Assembly: GCA_963823665.1 (NCBI GenBank)
Contig: CAWGMQ010000006.1
Coordinates: 1,600,001 to 1,664,000 of the forward strand
Length of the DNA: 64,000 nucleotides
Direction: 5' to 3'
Source: an uncultured Planctomycetota bacterium
Lineage (GTDB): Bacteria > Planctomycetota > Planctomycetia > Isosphaerales > Isosphaeraceae
Below, in pieces: positions 11,761 through 20,564 of this stretch. The notes beneath the pieces are model-generated. The model was given only the letters and a program-made list of their open reading frames with translations. It was not told where the DNA came from and did no database searches. Positions within the stretch are counted from its first letter, which is position 1. Each line of letters begins with the position of its first letter. Position numbers and translations under genes: made by a program.

Positions 11761-12192
11761 ATGTCCCGTCCGCGAATTCTTGACGAAGATCGATTGACGC
11801 TCGAAGAGGCCCGCGAACACTTCGGGACAAACGGAACGCCCGCTGATTTCACAACGGTCTATCGCGCCGTTGTCAAAGGCAGCGCTCTTCCAGACGGTGG
11901 TAGTCTGCACCTTGAGGCCATTCGGCTAGCAGGGCGATGGATCACGAGTAAGCAGGCGATTGAACGCTTTGTCGTCGCCTTGACCGAAGCATGGTCAGGC
12001 CGCGCACGAACGGGCCGAAGATCGCCACCAGGCGAGAGCGTAAACAGCTCTCCGACGCGGATGAAGCGCGGCTCGAGAGAGCAAATGCTGAACTGGCGGC
12101 GATGGCCTAACCGCGCAACGAAAACGGCCGGCCCGATGGTCAATCTTGCCGACCGTGTTCGTCATCTCATTCAGGAATACGGAACATCATGA
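11761..12192 (+). CDS. DUF1580-family HTH protein (AlpA/excisionase-like); 3' end uncertain
   Basis: LTLEEA...TTVYRAVVKG...LEAIRLAGRWITSKQAIERF, typical of planctomycete DUF1580. Confidence 0.8.
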   Translation: MSRPRILDEDRLTLEEAREHFGTNGTPADFTTVYRAVVKGSALPDGGSLHLEAIRLAGRWITSKQAIERFVVALTEAWSGRARTGRRSPPGESVNSSPTRMKRGSREQMLNWRRWPNRATKTAGPMVNLADRVRHLIQEYGTS

Positions 12193-12503
12193 ACGATACG
12201 CGACCAGATTCCGAGAAATCAAGATCCCTTACGGTGTCGCTTGCCGACCTGGCTGCGGAAATGACGCCGGAGCGCCGCGCACAACACGAAGGCGCTTATC
12301 GTCGGGGCGTTCATCAGGCTTTCGCGTTCGCAGCCGACGTCGCCTATCGAACGCGAGACGTGCGGGAGATTCGTCGCGTGTTGCGTCGGGCGGAGACGTT
12401 GGCGGGCGAGCTGAGATTCATCCGGAAGGATGAAGGTCGCGGCATGCTGCTGGATCACATCCGACAGCGGATCTACAGGCCGGCTCGGAAGGGGGCGAAA
12501 TGA
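12189..12503 (+). CDS. Hypothetical protein (satellite)
   Basis: Clean ORF, stop overlaps the next start (ATGA). Confidence 0.6.
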   Translation: MNDTRPDSEKSRSLTVSLADLAAEMTPERRAQHEGAYRRGVHQAFAFAADVAYRTRDVREIRRVLRRAETLAGELRFIRKDEGRGMLLDHIRQRIYRPARKGAK

Positions 12504-12724
12504 GGCCCCTATCCGGGCAGCAGAGTTTTCCGTTTGCTGCACCGACGCCCGCCGTCGCGGCCGCGGTGGTCGAAGATGGTCCACCGTGTTTGAAGTGCAA
12601 CCGGGCAACTGTCGTTTCCGGCGGCAAAGGCCCGCACTATAAGCGTGCCGATTGTCGCTCGTGTGGCGCGTGGTTCTGGATGCCAAAACCGAGGGCCGGC
12701 GGGCAAGGGGGCGCGTCGTCATGA
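12500..12724 (+). CDS. Small zinc-ribbon protein
   Basis: CLKC...GPHYKRADCRSC; ATGA overlaps on both sides. Confidence 0.65.
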   Translation: MRPLSGQQSFPFAAPTPAVAAAVVEDGPPCLKCNRATVVSGGKGPHYKRADCRSCGAWFWMPKPRAGGQGGASS

Positions 12725-15294
12725 CCTGCATGCTCGAGCGTTCCGCATTCGATACGGCACTACTGGCGCTTGACCTGGGGCTTTCGCCCGGTGTGCCGAT
12801 GCAAGACGGATCGAAGAAACCGGACGGGGCATGGAAGCAATACCAGACGAATCCAGCGACCAAGGGCGAGCTCGAGTCATGGTATCGGGACGGCCGAACG
12901 GGGGTCGGCTTGTTCACGGGATACGGCGACGCCGAATGTTTCGAGTTCGATTGCCGCGCGACCTATGACGATTTCTTGGACGCGCACGGCGACGCCGGGT
13001 TAACGGAATTGGTCGATCGCATCCGGTCGAACTATGAGGAATCCTCGCCAGGCGGTGGCATTCACTGGCTGTATCGGTGCTCGGAACGGCGGGGGAACAC
13101 AAAGCTGGCTGAACGGCCGGCGCCAACCGAGAGCGACCCGCACAAGACGGACGCGCTGATTGAAACTCGCGGAGAAGGCGGTTTTATCATCATCGCGCCG
13201 AGTAACGGGACGGTGCATCCGAGCGGCGGTGCATACAAACTCTTGAGCGGCGCACTCGGAATCATGGCAGTCATCACGCCGGAGGAACGCGACGCGCTCT
13301 GGAATTTCGCCCGGACGTTCGATGAAAAGCCAGAGCAGGCGACGGCGAAGTCGGGACCGTCTGAATTCGTTCAACGAGCATGGGATGGTCCGGCACGAAC
13401 GGACGGCAAGAAACCAGGCGAAGCCTTCAACGAGCAAATGACCTGGGAGGACATTCTCGAGCCGCACGGATGGACGGTGGCGTTTCGTCGGGGCGATAAG
13501 ACCTGGTGGCGGCGACCCGGCAAAGATCGCGACTGGTCGGCAACAACGGGGCATTGCAAAGGGCTCAAGGTCTTTTCGTCGTCCACGCCGTTCAGCACTC
13601 AGGGCACATACACCAAGTTCGGCGCGCACGCGATCTTGAACCACGGTGGCGATTTCAAGCAATCGACGAAGGCACTCGCCGCGGCTGGATTTGGTGAACA
13701 GTCGAGCCAGACCACGAAATCAACCCAGCAATCGCAGCCGACAGCACCGTCCGCGCCGCCGGTGTTTGATGGCGATCCGAGGCCGATCACGATCGCATTG
13801 CATCCGGTGCCGGAGCTCGATCCGCGCATGATCCCGCCGGTGTTCAGGGCATGGCTCGAGGATATTGCAGAGTGCGCATGCCTTCCGCTCGCCTATCCCG
13901 CGGCGGCGCTGTTCGTTGCTCTCAGCGGTCTGATCGGCCGGCGGGTTGCGATCCGTCCCAAGCAATTCGATGACTGGCTTGTCGTGCCGAATCTCTGGGG
14001 TGCCATCGTCGGGCCGCCGGGTTTCTTGAAGACCCCGGCAGTCGAGGCCGTCATGCGTCCGCTCAAGCGGCTTGTGGCCGATGCAATGGCAGAGCACGCC
14101 GCAAAGGTGAAGGAGCATAACGAGCGCCAGCTTGTCGCGACGGCTCGAAGGAAGGCCGCGCAGAAGAACCTGGACGCGGCCGCCAAGAAACCAGACGCGA
14201 CGGAAGCGGACCTGCAAGCACTCGCCAAGATTGCCTTGGCAGACGACACAGAAGAAGAACCGACGTGCAAGCGGTATCTCGTGAACGATTTCACGATCGA
14301 AAAACTGGGTGAATTACTGGTCGAGAACCCGAACGGGTTGACAGTGTTCCGAGATGAGTTGACCGGGTTGCTCAATACGCTGAATCGTGAGGGTCACCAG
14401 AGCGACCGGGGTTTTCTTCTCGAATCGTGGAACGGCAACGGGTCTTACACGTTCGATCGGATCGGCCGGGGCACTCAGCACATACCGGCGGCATGCCTGG
14501 CGCTCTTCGGGACCATCCAGCCCGGACCGCTCGCCCGGTATATGCAAGGGACCATCAAGGGCGATGAGGCGGACGGGTTTATCCCGCGGTTCCAGGTGCT
14601 CGTCTATCCGGACCCGCCGGCAAGCTATGACTATGTTGACCGATGGCCGGACAACGTGGCGAAGAACCACGCTTACAAAGTCTTCAAGGCAATCGACGAA
14701 TTGAACGCGGCGGAGAAAGGATGCAAGGTCGACAGCGACAGCGGGTTTCCCGTCATCAATTTCACACCAGAGGCGCAAGCGTTTTTCAACGGGTGGTATA
14801 CCGACCTGCAACGGCGAATCCGAAGCGGCGAGTTGACGGATATCCTGGCGGCGCATCTTGCGAAGTATGGCTCTTTGATGCCGAGCCTCGCTTTGATCTT
14901 TTATCTCGCGAATGACTGCCAAGCGTTCCAGCTTGGTGGCGTTCCGCTCGAAGATGCGGAAATGGCGGCGGCGTGGTGTGAGTATCTCGAGCAACACGCG
15001 CGGCGGGTCTACCTGCTATGTGCCGATGGCGACGTATCGGTTGCCGGGTCCCTCGCAGAGCGGATCAAGGAATCGCTGCCTGACCCGTTCACGTATCGCC
15101 AGGTGGCACAGAAGGGATGGTCAGGCCTGGGGACGGTGGACGACGTGGAAAGGGCTGTAGGCATCCTGGAAGACCGCGAGTGGGTCAAGACGGTCGAGGT
15201 TAAGTCGGGCGATGCGGCCGGACGGGGCAGACCATCGGTGAAGGTGCACATCCACCCGAAGCTTCGATCCGCCGGCGAAGGGGTGTCGTCATGA
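12721..15294 (+). CDS. Bifunctional primase-polymerase domain fused to DUF3987 (YfjI-like P-loop) replication protein
   Basis: KKP...WKQYQ, FEFD, SPGGGIHW, IETRGEGGFIIIAPS (Prim-Pol); PNLWGAIVGPPGFLKTP, FRDELTG, DRIGRG, GTIQP, DGFIPRF (DUF3987). Confidence 0.9.
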   Translation: MTCMLERSAFDTALLALDLGLSPGVPMQDGSKKPDGAWKQYQTNPATKGELESWYRDGRTGVGLFTGYGDAECFEFDCRATYDDFLDAHGDAGLTELVDRIRSNYEESSPGGGIHWLYRCSERRGNTKLAERPAPTESDPHKTDALIETRGEGGFIIIAPSNGTVHPSGGAYKLLSGALGIMAVITPEERDALWNFARTFDEKPEQATAKSGPSEFVQRAWDGPARTDGKKPGEAFNEQMTWEDILEPHGWTVAFRRGDKTWWRRPGKDRDWSATTGHCKGLKVFSSSTPFSTQGTYTKFGAHAILNHGGDFKQSTKALAAAGFGEQSSQTTKSTQQSQPTAPSAPPVFDGDPRPITIALHPVPELDPRMIPPVFRAWLEDIAECACLPLAYPAAALFVALSGLIGRRVAIRPKQFDDWLVVPNLWGAIVGPPGFLKTPAVEAVMRPLKRLVADAMAEHAAKVKEHNERQLVATARRKAAQKNLDAAAKKPDATEADLQALAKIALADDTEEEPTCKRYLVNDFTIEKLGELLVENPNGLTVFRDELTGLLNTLNREGHQSDRGFLLESWNGNGSYTFDRIGRGTQHIPAACLALFGTIQPGPLARYMQGTIKGDEADGFIPRFQVLVYPDPPASYDYVDRWPDNVAKNHAYKVFKAIDELNAAEKGCKVDSDSGFPVINFTPEAQAFFNGWYTDLQRRIRSGELTDILAAHLAKYGSLMPSLALIFYLANDCQAFQLGGVPLEDAEMAAAWCEYLEQHARRVYLLCADGDVSVAGSLAERIKESLPDPFTYRQVAQKGWSGLGTVDDVERAVGILEDREWVKTVEVKSGDAAGRGRPSVKVHIHPKLRSAGEGVSS

Positions 15295-15326
15295 AACACT
15301 TGGATGCACTCAATGCCAAGCGGGGT

Positions 15327-15537
15327 GTTTCTGTAGTTTCTGTAGGCAGTTCCGGACATAGATATGAAGAAAAAACGGACTATAAAATATCTTACTTACT
15401 TACCTTACCTACCTTACTAAATAACCACATAGGTGCGCGGATAGAAAAACTTACTCATTCCTTTGGCCAGGTGCCTACAGAAACTACGAAACCCGTCGCC
15501 AAATCGGAACGAATCGATTCTGTAGTTTTCGTAGGCA
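15327..15537. repeat. Iteron-like repeats around an AT-rich tract (putative replication origin)
   Basis: GTTTCTGTAGTTTCTGTAGGCA (15327-15348), inverted copy (15472-15492), ATTCTGTAGTTTTCGTAGGCA (15517-15537); CTTA/CCTA tandem at 15391-15417. Confidence 0.7.
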
Positions 15538-15625
15538 AAACGTGGGAACAAGAGCAACTCGACTCCACTCCGGCGGCAGGGCGGAGTCGAGCAACCAAAC
15601 ACGCCGCAAAAGGAAGGCAAGCACC

Positions 15626-15862
15626 ATGAGGATCACTCTGAACAATCCGAGCAACGTCACACTGGGCCGATGTCTGGATGATGACGCTGTGAGCATCCAA
15701 TTCAAGGACGGCGACAACACGGTCGAAGTGTGGGTCGGCAACGTCCAGGCGCTGGGGCTCTCAGTCGCTTTGCGGGACTGGGCCAAGCGCTCGCAGGAGA
15801 ACGAGGCTCTGGCCATGTGCGATTACAAGATCGGCAACAGGGAACCCGCCGGTGTCTTCTGA
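15626..15862 (+). CDS. Hypothetical protein (satellite)
   Basis: MRITLNNPSNV...; AAGGA upstream. Confidence 0.55.
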   Translation: MRITLNNPSNVTLGRCLDDDAVSIQFKDGDNTVEVWVGNVQALGLSVALRDWAKRSQENEALAMCDYKIGNREPAGVF

Positions 15863-15942
15863 CGAACACACAGGGCATGCGGGCCAGCCCGGCGCTCAAG
15901 CCTACTTCCCTTGGGCGTCGGGCTGGGATGGGAGACGTGACG

Positions 15943-16164
15943 ATGGCCACAGCACCAACAGCAGCACACACCAGAGCCAGGCGGGCATACAGCCCGGTGG
16001 AGTCGAGCGAGCCGATGAGTGATGAGGATCTCTACCACAAGAAGCGGGAAGGGTGGGCGCTGGTTAGCCGGCACGAACGCATGGGTAGGAACATGACTAC
16101 CTACTGGGTGTACATCTTCGAGCGGGACCCGCGCGTGAAGACGGAGGCGCGAACGTCATGGTGA
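15943..16164 (+). CDS. Hypothetical protein (satellite)
   Basis: MATAPTAAHT...REGWALVS...YIFER; GGAG upstream. Confidence 0.45.
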   Translation: MATAPTAAHTRARRAYSPVESSEPMSDEDLYHKKREGWALVSRHERMGRNMTTYWVYIFERDPRVKTEARTSW

Positions 16165-16194
16165 GCGCATGCAGTCGCGTGTTCAAGTGCAGAC

Positions 16195-16300
16195 GGGGGT
16201 ATGGGGGGGTATGGCTAGGCTAGGCGGGGCGGGTCAACACCTAGAAGTTGTGCGCCGTAAACCGCAGGTGGCCAAATCCGTGCTTGCAATCAGGTTTTTG
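16195..16300 (+). other. Putative cos-type packaging site
   Basis: Non-coding G-run region with GGGGCGGGTCAA...AAACCGCAGGTGGCCAAA...GGTTTTT upstream of a P27-type terS, the arrangement seen in HK97-like cos phages. Confidence 0.55.
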
Positions 16301-16447
16301 CTTCGTTGCCAGGATTCAGCCATGACACAACCCGATTAAACCCCGATTCTGACGCCCATACGCCTCGTGGAGACGTTTTCAGGGGCGAAACCACCTAACG
16401 GTCGGCTTGATCGATTACCGCCACGTGGACCATTTGAGGGACCCGCA

Positions 16448-16816
16448 ATGAGCACAGCCAAGAACCTGAAGATTCGACCGGCGAACCCGGACCCGCCATC
16501 CCACTTGTCCAACAAGGCCGCGGAAATGTGGCGCGCGATGGTCGCCGATTACCGCATGGCAGATGACTGCGTCGGGCTCGGCTTGCTTGAGGCCGCGCTA
16601 TCTGCCTTCGACCGGGCCGAGGAGGCGCGAGAGGTTCTTGACAGGGAAGGTCTGACCGTCAGCGGCGACCGCGGCGGGTCAAAAGCTCACCCGTTGTGTG
16701 CGGTCGAGCGCGACAACCGAGCAGCTTACATCGCGGGGATCAAGGCGCTCAGATTCGACGTCGTCGCAGCGCGGCCGGGACCTGGACGTCCAGCCGGCCC
16801 GGCGCGGAGGTACTGA
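16448..16816 (+). CDS. terS: Phage terminase small subunit, P27 family
   Basis: PPSHLS..A.EMW, LLEAA, AREVLDREGLTV, GGSKAHP. Confidence 0.88.
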   Translation: MSTAKNLKIRPANPDPPSHLSNKAAEMWRAMVADYRMADDCVGLGLLEAALSAFDRAEEAREVLDREGLTVSGDRGGSKAHPLCAVERDNRAAYIAGIKALRFDVVAARPGPGRPAGPARRY

Positions 16817-16818
16817 CC

Positions 16819-17253
16819 ATGTCAACCCAACGGTATCAATCCCGACGACCTGGGGGCGCGGCGGTGGAGCTGGATCGACTCGCCGAGTTCATGATTTTGG
16901 AAGCGCCCAATTCCGAGGGGCTGGACGAGGCGTTCGTCGCGGATTGGTGGGCGCAGAACGGCGAGCGCATCACCGAGGAGTGGATCGCCAGGCATCCCGG
17001 CTCGCGTCCGTGGCCGTGGTGGTGCTGGGATCACGGCAAGGAAAGGCCCGTCATCAACCCTGACCACGATCCCGCCTGCGATTTTGCCGTCAGGCGAGAT
17101 TCGTTTTTTGGCTTCGTTCACTCCGGAGTGTTTTCCGTCCAGCGCGGAGCGGACGGAAAGCTCTCTCATTCACCGTGGCAGGAACCCGAAGCAGACTACC
17201 TTGACCGCCGCGGTCTTTTGACGGAGACGGAACGGGAGCATTTTGACCTCTAA
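16819..17253 (+). CDS. Trp-rich hypothetical protein between terS and capsid
   Basis: WIARHPGSRPWPWWCWD...EPEADYLDRRGLL; 2-3 nt gaps to both neighbours. Confidence 0.75.
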   Translation: MSTQRYQSRRPGGAAVELDRLAEFMILEAPNSEGLDEAFVADWWAQNGERITEEWIARHPGSRPWPWWCWDHGKERPVINPDHDPACDFAVRRDSFFGFVHSGVFSVQRGADGKLSHSPWQEPEADYLDRRGLLTETEREHFDL

Positions 17254-17256
17254 CGC

Positions 17257-18612
17257 ATGAGTTTTCGATCACGTTTCAACCCTGATTTTCACCGAGAGAG
17301 GAAAACACCTATGAGTGCTTTGCAAACGAGAACCCGCCGGCGCGACACCATTCCCAAGGGCGGCGACCGGCTGGTTGACGACGAAATCGAGGACGCCTTC
17401 GGCGGAGACGGACCCAGCGACCCCGACCCGACGCAGCCCGACAATTCCAAGTTCGGCCAGCTTCCCGGATTGAAGGCGCTCTACGACGCTGCGAAGAAAG
17501 GCTACTTCTACAGCTTCGGCCGGGCGATCCACGGGGCTTTCAAGGCCGGACCGAACGGCACGCTTCCCGGACTCGAAGGCGAAGTCTCTCAGGAGATGTT
17601 GCTTCGCGCGCCCAATCAGCGGCGTGGTTACCGGGTGCCCTGGGTTTATCCGAGGCGTCCGGGCGAGCGCCGCGCCCTAACGTTGAGCGCCGGCGCAGGA
17701 AGCGTTACTCCGCAGCTTCAATCTCCCGTGGATGTTTTGCGCTCCAAGATGGTGTGCCAGCGGCTCGGCGCGAACGTCACCAACTTCACGGGCGAAGGAC
17801 CGCAAGGATTTATTCAAATCCCATTCAGATCGGCCGGCAGTACGGCGAGCTGGGTTGCCGAAAATGCGGCGCCGTCATCGTCCAGCAACGCCACGACGCA
17901 GGGGTGGGTCATGAAACCCAACACCGTCACGGCCTACTCGGACATCACGCGCCGGATGTTGACTCTCGGTCAGGAAGGATTTGAAGCCTACTCGCTCGCG
18001 GAGGTCATGCGATCAATCGCAGTCGAGGTCGATCGCGCGACGCTCAACGGCTCTGGTCAGAATTCGCAGCCCCTGGGAATCCTGCAAGACTTCCTGCCCA
18101 GCGTGACTCCCGCGGCTGGGCTGGGTGGTTCGATCGCCATCGCGGACTTGTACGAAATCGAGGCGACGCTTGGCCAGAATAACGGCGACGCGCCCGCCGA
18201 TTCTCGACTCGGCTGGGTCACCTCTCCCGCGGGCCGCAAGGCTCTGCGAAAAGTCGACCTGGGCGGCGCCACGGACACCGGGCACCCGGCGTGGTGGCCG
18301 AAAACCTACATCGTCGACAACAAGCCGGTCATTATCGAGGAATTGATCGGATGGCCGGCCCTTTCGACGTGTTCGGTGCCTGCCAACCTGAACGCTTCAA
18401 ACTACACGACGCTCGCTCTGGGTAATTGGAACGATGTGATCATCAATTTATGGGATGGCTTCGATTTCAACGCCATGCCCGCCACGGTAGTTAACCCCTT
18501 CCTTCAGAGCGTTTCGGGTGTCGTGCGCGTAAGTTGCTTTGTTGACGCCGACGTGTTGCTTGTTCGACCGGGTTCATTCTGTCTCTGCGCCGGCTGGGCG
18601 GCGCCGTACTGA
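17257..18612 (+). CDS. HK97-fold major capsid protein or capsid homologue (alternative start 17311)
   Basis: IQIP...ASWVAENAA, MKPNTVTAYSDITRRML, EVDRATLNGSG..QPLGIL, LALGNW, VRV...VDADV..RPGSF. Confidence 0.9.
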   Translation: MSFRSRFNPDFHRERKTPMSALQTRTRRRDTIPKGGDRLVDDEIEDAFGGDGPSDPDPTQPDNSKFGQLPGLKALYDAAKKGYFYSFGRAIHGAFKAGPNGTLPGLEGEVSQEMLLRAPNQRRGYRVPWVYPRRPGERRALTLSAGAGSVTPQLQSPVDVLRSKMVCQRLGANVTNFTGEGPQGFIQIPFRSAGSTASWVAENAAPSSSSNATTQGWVMKPNTVTAYSDITRRMLTLGQEGFEAYSLAEVMRSIAVEVDRATLNGSGQNSQPLGILQDFLPSVTPAAGLGGSIAIADLYEIEATLGQNNGDAPADSRLGWVTSPAGRKALRKVDLGGATDTGHPAWWPKTYIVDNKPVIIEELIGWPALSTCSVPANLNASNYTTLALGNWNDVIINLWDGFDFNAMPATVVNPFLQSVSGVVRVSCFVDADVLLVRPGSFCLCAGWAAPY

Positions 18613-18651
18613 TTCCTTTTCCTGATCGCAACCTTTTCGGAGACTCTCATC

Positions 18652-19189
18652 ATGACGGAAGCGGAAGAACAAGCGATGTTCGACAAGATGGTGGCACTGC
18701 GGGCCTGCGCCGCCTTGCAGGGTCCGTTTGACCGATCGCTGCAAGGGATTCCTGCGCGGACTCGTTTGGAAAACGACCGGCGACGAAGTGGAGCTCTCGG
18801 TACCCGAGGCGCAGGCACTGTGCGACAAGGGGCACGCCGAACCAGTCGGGCCGGCGGCTTGGTTCAAGAAATTCGTGGCTGCGATAAGGCCAGCACCCGA
18901 GGGACCGCCACGGCTCGACAAGCCAGGCCCGGGCCGAAGTTATCGAGGCCGAATGCGTCCAGGGAAGTCGTACTGGTACGCCGCCGGGCTCGAGTCCTAC
19001 GGTGACGATCGAGATATCTGGATCGACGAGGATACCGCGCGGGTGCTTGCGAATGCTCGCCAGTTTCAGCCGATCGAACCCAACTATATCCCGCCGGCGC
19101 CGGAAACGCCGGTCAAGCCAACCTGGCCGACGAATCAGTGGGGTTGCTCACCGATGGTCGGGCCGCCGCTTGGGCAACCTGAACACTGA
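18652..19189 (+). CDS. Hypothetical protein following capsid (probable frameshift near 18730)
   Basis: ORF from 18652 appears to join the frame of ORF 18728-19189. Confidence 0.5.
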
Positions 19190-19297
19190 ACCATCCGGGA
19201 CCGGCTCGGCGGTGGCCACGGGCTTAACCCTTTCGGCTCGTGGCGCCGTCGGGCCGGACCTGGATTCACATGAACGCTTTTCATAAAGGTCACGATC

Positions 19298-19465
19298 ATG
19301 ACTCAGACCACGAAAACCATCGAGTCAGCGACCAAGACTCCCGCACAACCGGCCGCTGCAATCCGATACCCGCTGTGCAGGTGCGGCAAGTCGTCGAGTC
19401 ACACGGCAAACAGACCCGGCGACGAAATCGTCGGCACATGCTCGGAGTGCGAGGCGAAAAAATGA
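19298..19465 (+). CDS. 55-aa Cys-rich microprotein (not in the ORF track)
   Basis: MTQTTKTIES...LCRCGK...GTCSECEAKK*; AAAGGT upstream. Confidence 0.55.
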   Translation: MTQTTKTIESATKTPAQPAAAIRYPLCRCGKSSSHTANRPGDEIVGTCSECEAKK

Positions 19466-19586
19466 ATCCCACCAGGCCGGCGAGAGGGTGTAAGGAGAAT
19501 GAACAAAGCGGACAAATGTTGCCAACGTCCGTTTGCCCTGATCGCCGCGCCTGGACTTTCACACGAACAACCAGAGGACACAGGCC

Positions 19587-19965
19587 ATGAGTCAAACAGC
19601 GAACGCGGAGCTTGCCAGGGCGGCTCCAGTCGGCAATCTCGAGCGATCCCACATGCCGGGTGTGCCGCAAGAGAACAGCGACGGAGTTCGAGTCGAGCGG
19701 CGGAAAAATCACGGCGATTGTGTGCGCCGAGTGCTCGGAAGACATTCAGGAAACCAGAGCTCTCGCCAACGGCTCATGCGAAGCGCGTAGGGACATGCTT
19801 CGCCACCAGACCGCGTTCAGAGCGGCGAAAGTATGCAGCGTCTGCCGGACCGGCAAGCCCGCGGGAACGACGACGAATGACTACGGCGGCATTATCGTCA
19901 CGTGTAAATCGTGCCAGGAGAAAGCCCGGACGAGGGAAAGGGCTATGAGGTTATCGCGTGCGTGA
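19587..19965 (+). CDS. Double zinc-ribbon protein (frameshift near 19650)
   Basis: CRVC..CAEC..CSVC..CKSC; GAGGA upstream of ATG 19587. Confidence 0.6.
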
Positions 19966-20206
19966 CTACGCCGAAATCAACGCCGACATGCAGGAAGCGC
20001 GTCGGAAACTGCAAGAGATCGACATGCAGCTCTCGCAGCTCTCGGCGACGGCGCGGAACAGCCCTTTCGGCCGAGAGTTTGGCGGCTACCGTGAACAGCT
20101 CTTGGCGAAACTTCGGGACCTGCGCGCCGAATTGCTGGCAACGGCAGAGGACGAGTCGAAGTGCCGGCGAGAGGGAACGTTCAAAAGAGTCGAGGGGGCG
20201 GCATGA
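19958..20206 (+). CDS. Small coiled-coil hypothetical protein
   Basis: Heptad-like helical pattern; overlaps the previous stop. Confidence 0.5.
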   Translation: MRDYAEINADMQEARRKLQEIDMQLSQLSATARNSPFGREFGGYREQLLAKLRDLRAELLATAEDESKCRREGTFKRVEGAA

Positions 20207-20366
20207 TCAACCAGAAGTCACCACATCAACCCGAGGCCCGACGAACAATCGCCTATGACGCTCGCAAGTCACAGGCCGCGCGTGGGCTCGGATCAACTCC
20301 ACCAGAGCGACCGCCGCTAAAAGAGCGCCTCGAGCGGCTTCGCCACAAACAGGAAACCGGCAAATC

Positions 20367-20564
20367 ATGATGCAACTGTACCCGCCACTCAGCGTTGAGA
20401 TCATTGGCAAGGGACCTGCTCTCGCGGTCGGCGCGATCGACCACGGGGCAGGCCACGAATTGACGTTGGTGGTGATCGCCAAGGCAGACGGGGCGATCAC
20501 AGCGGAGCCGATATCGAAGCTCAGAGGCGCCGGGGTTTACGTGACGGGCGAGCAAAAACCATAA
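20367..20564 (+). CDS. Hypothetical protein
   Basis: Clean 65-aa ORF in a chain of overlapping small ORFs. Confidence 0.5.
   Translation: MMQLYPPLSVEIIGKGPALAVGAIDHGAGHELTLVVIAKADGAITAEPISKLRGAGVYVTGEQKP

Noticed and set aside
15291..15629. 112-aa ORF after the replicase
   Set aside because: It runs across the iteron/AT-rich tract and its translation mirrors the DNA repeats; probably incidental, though not excluded
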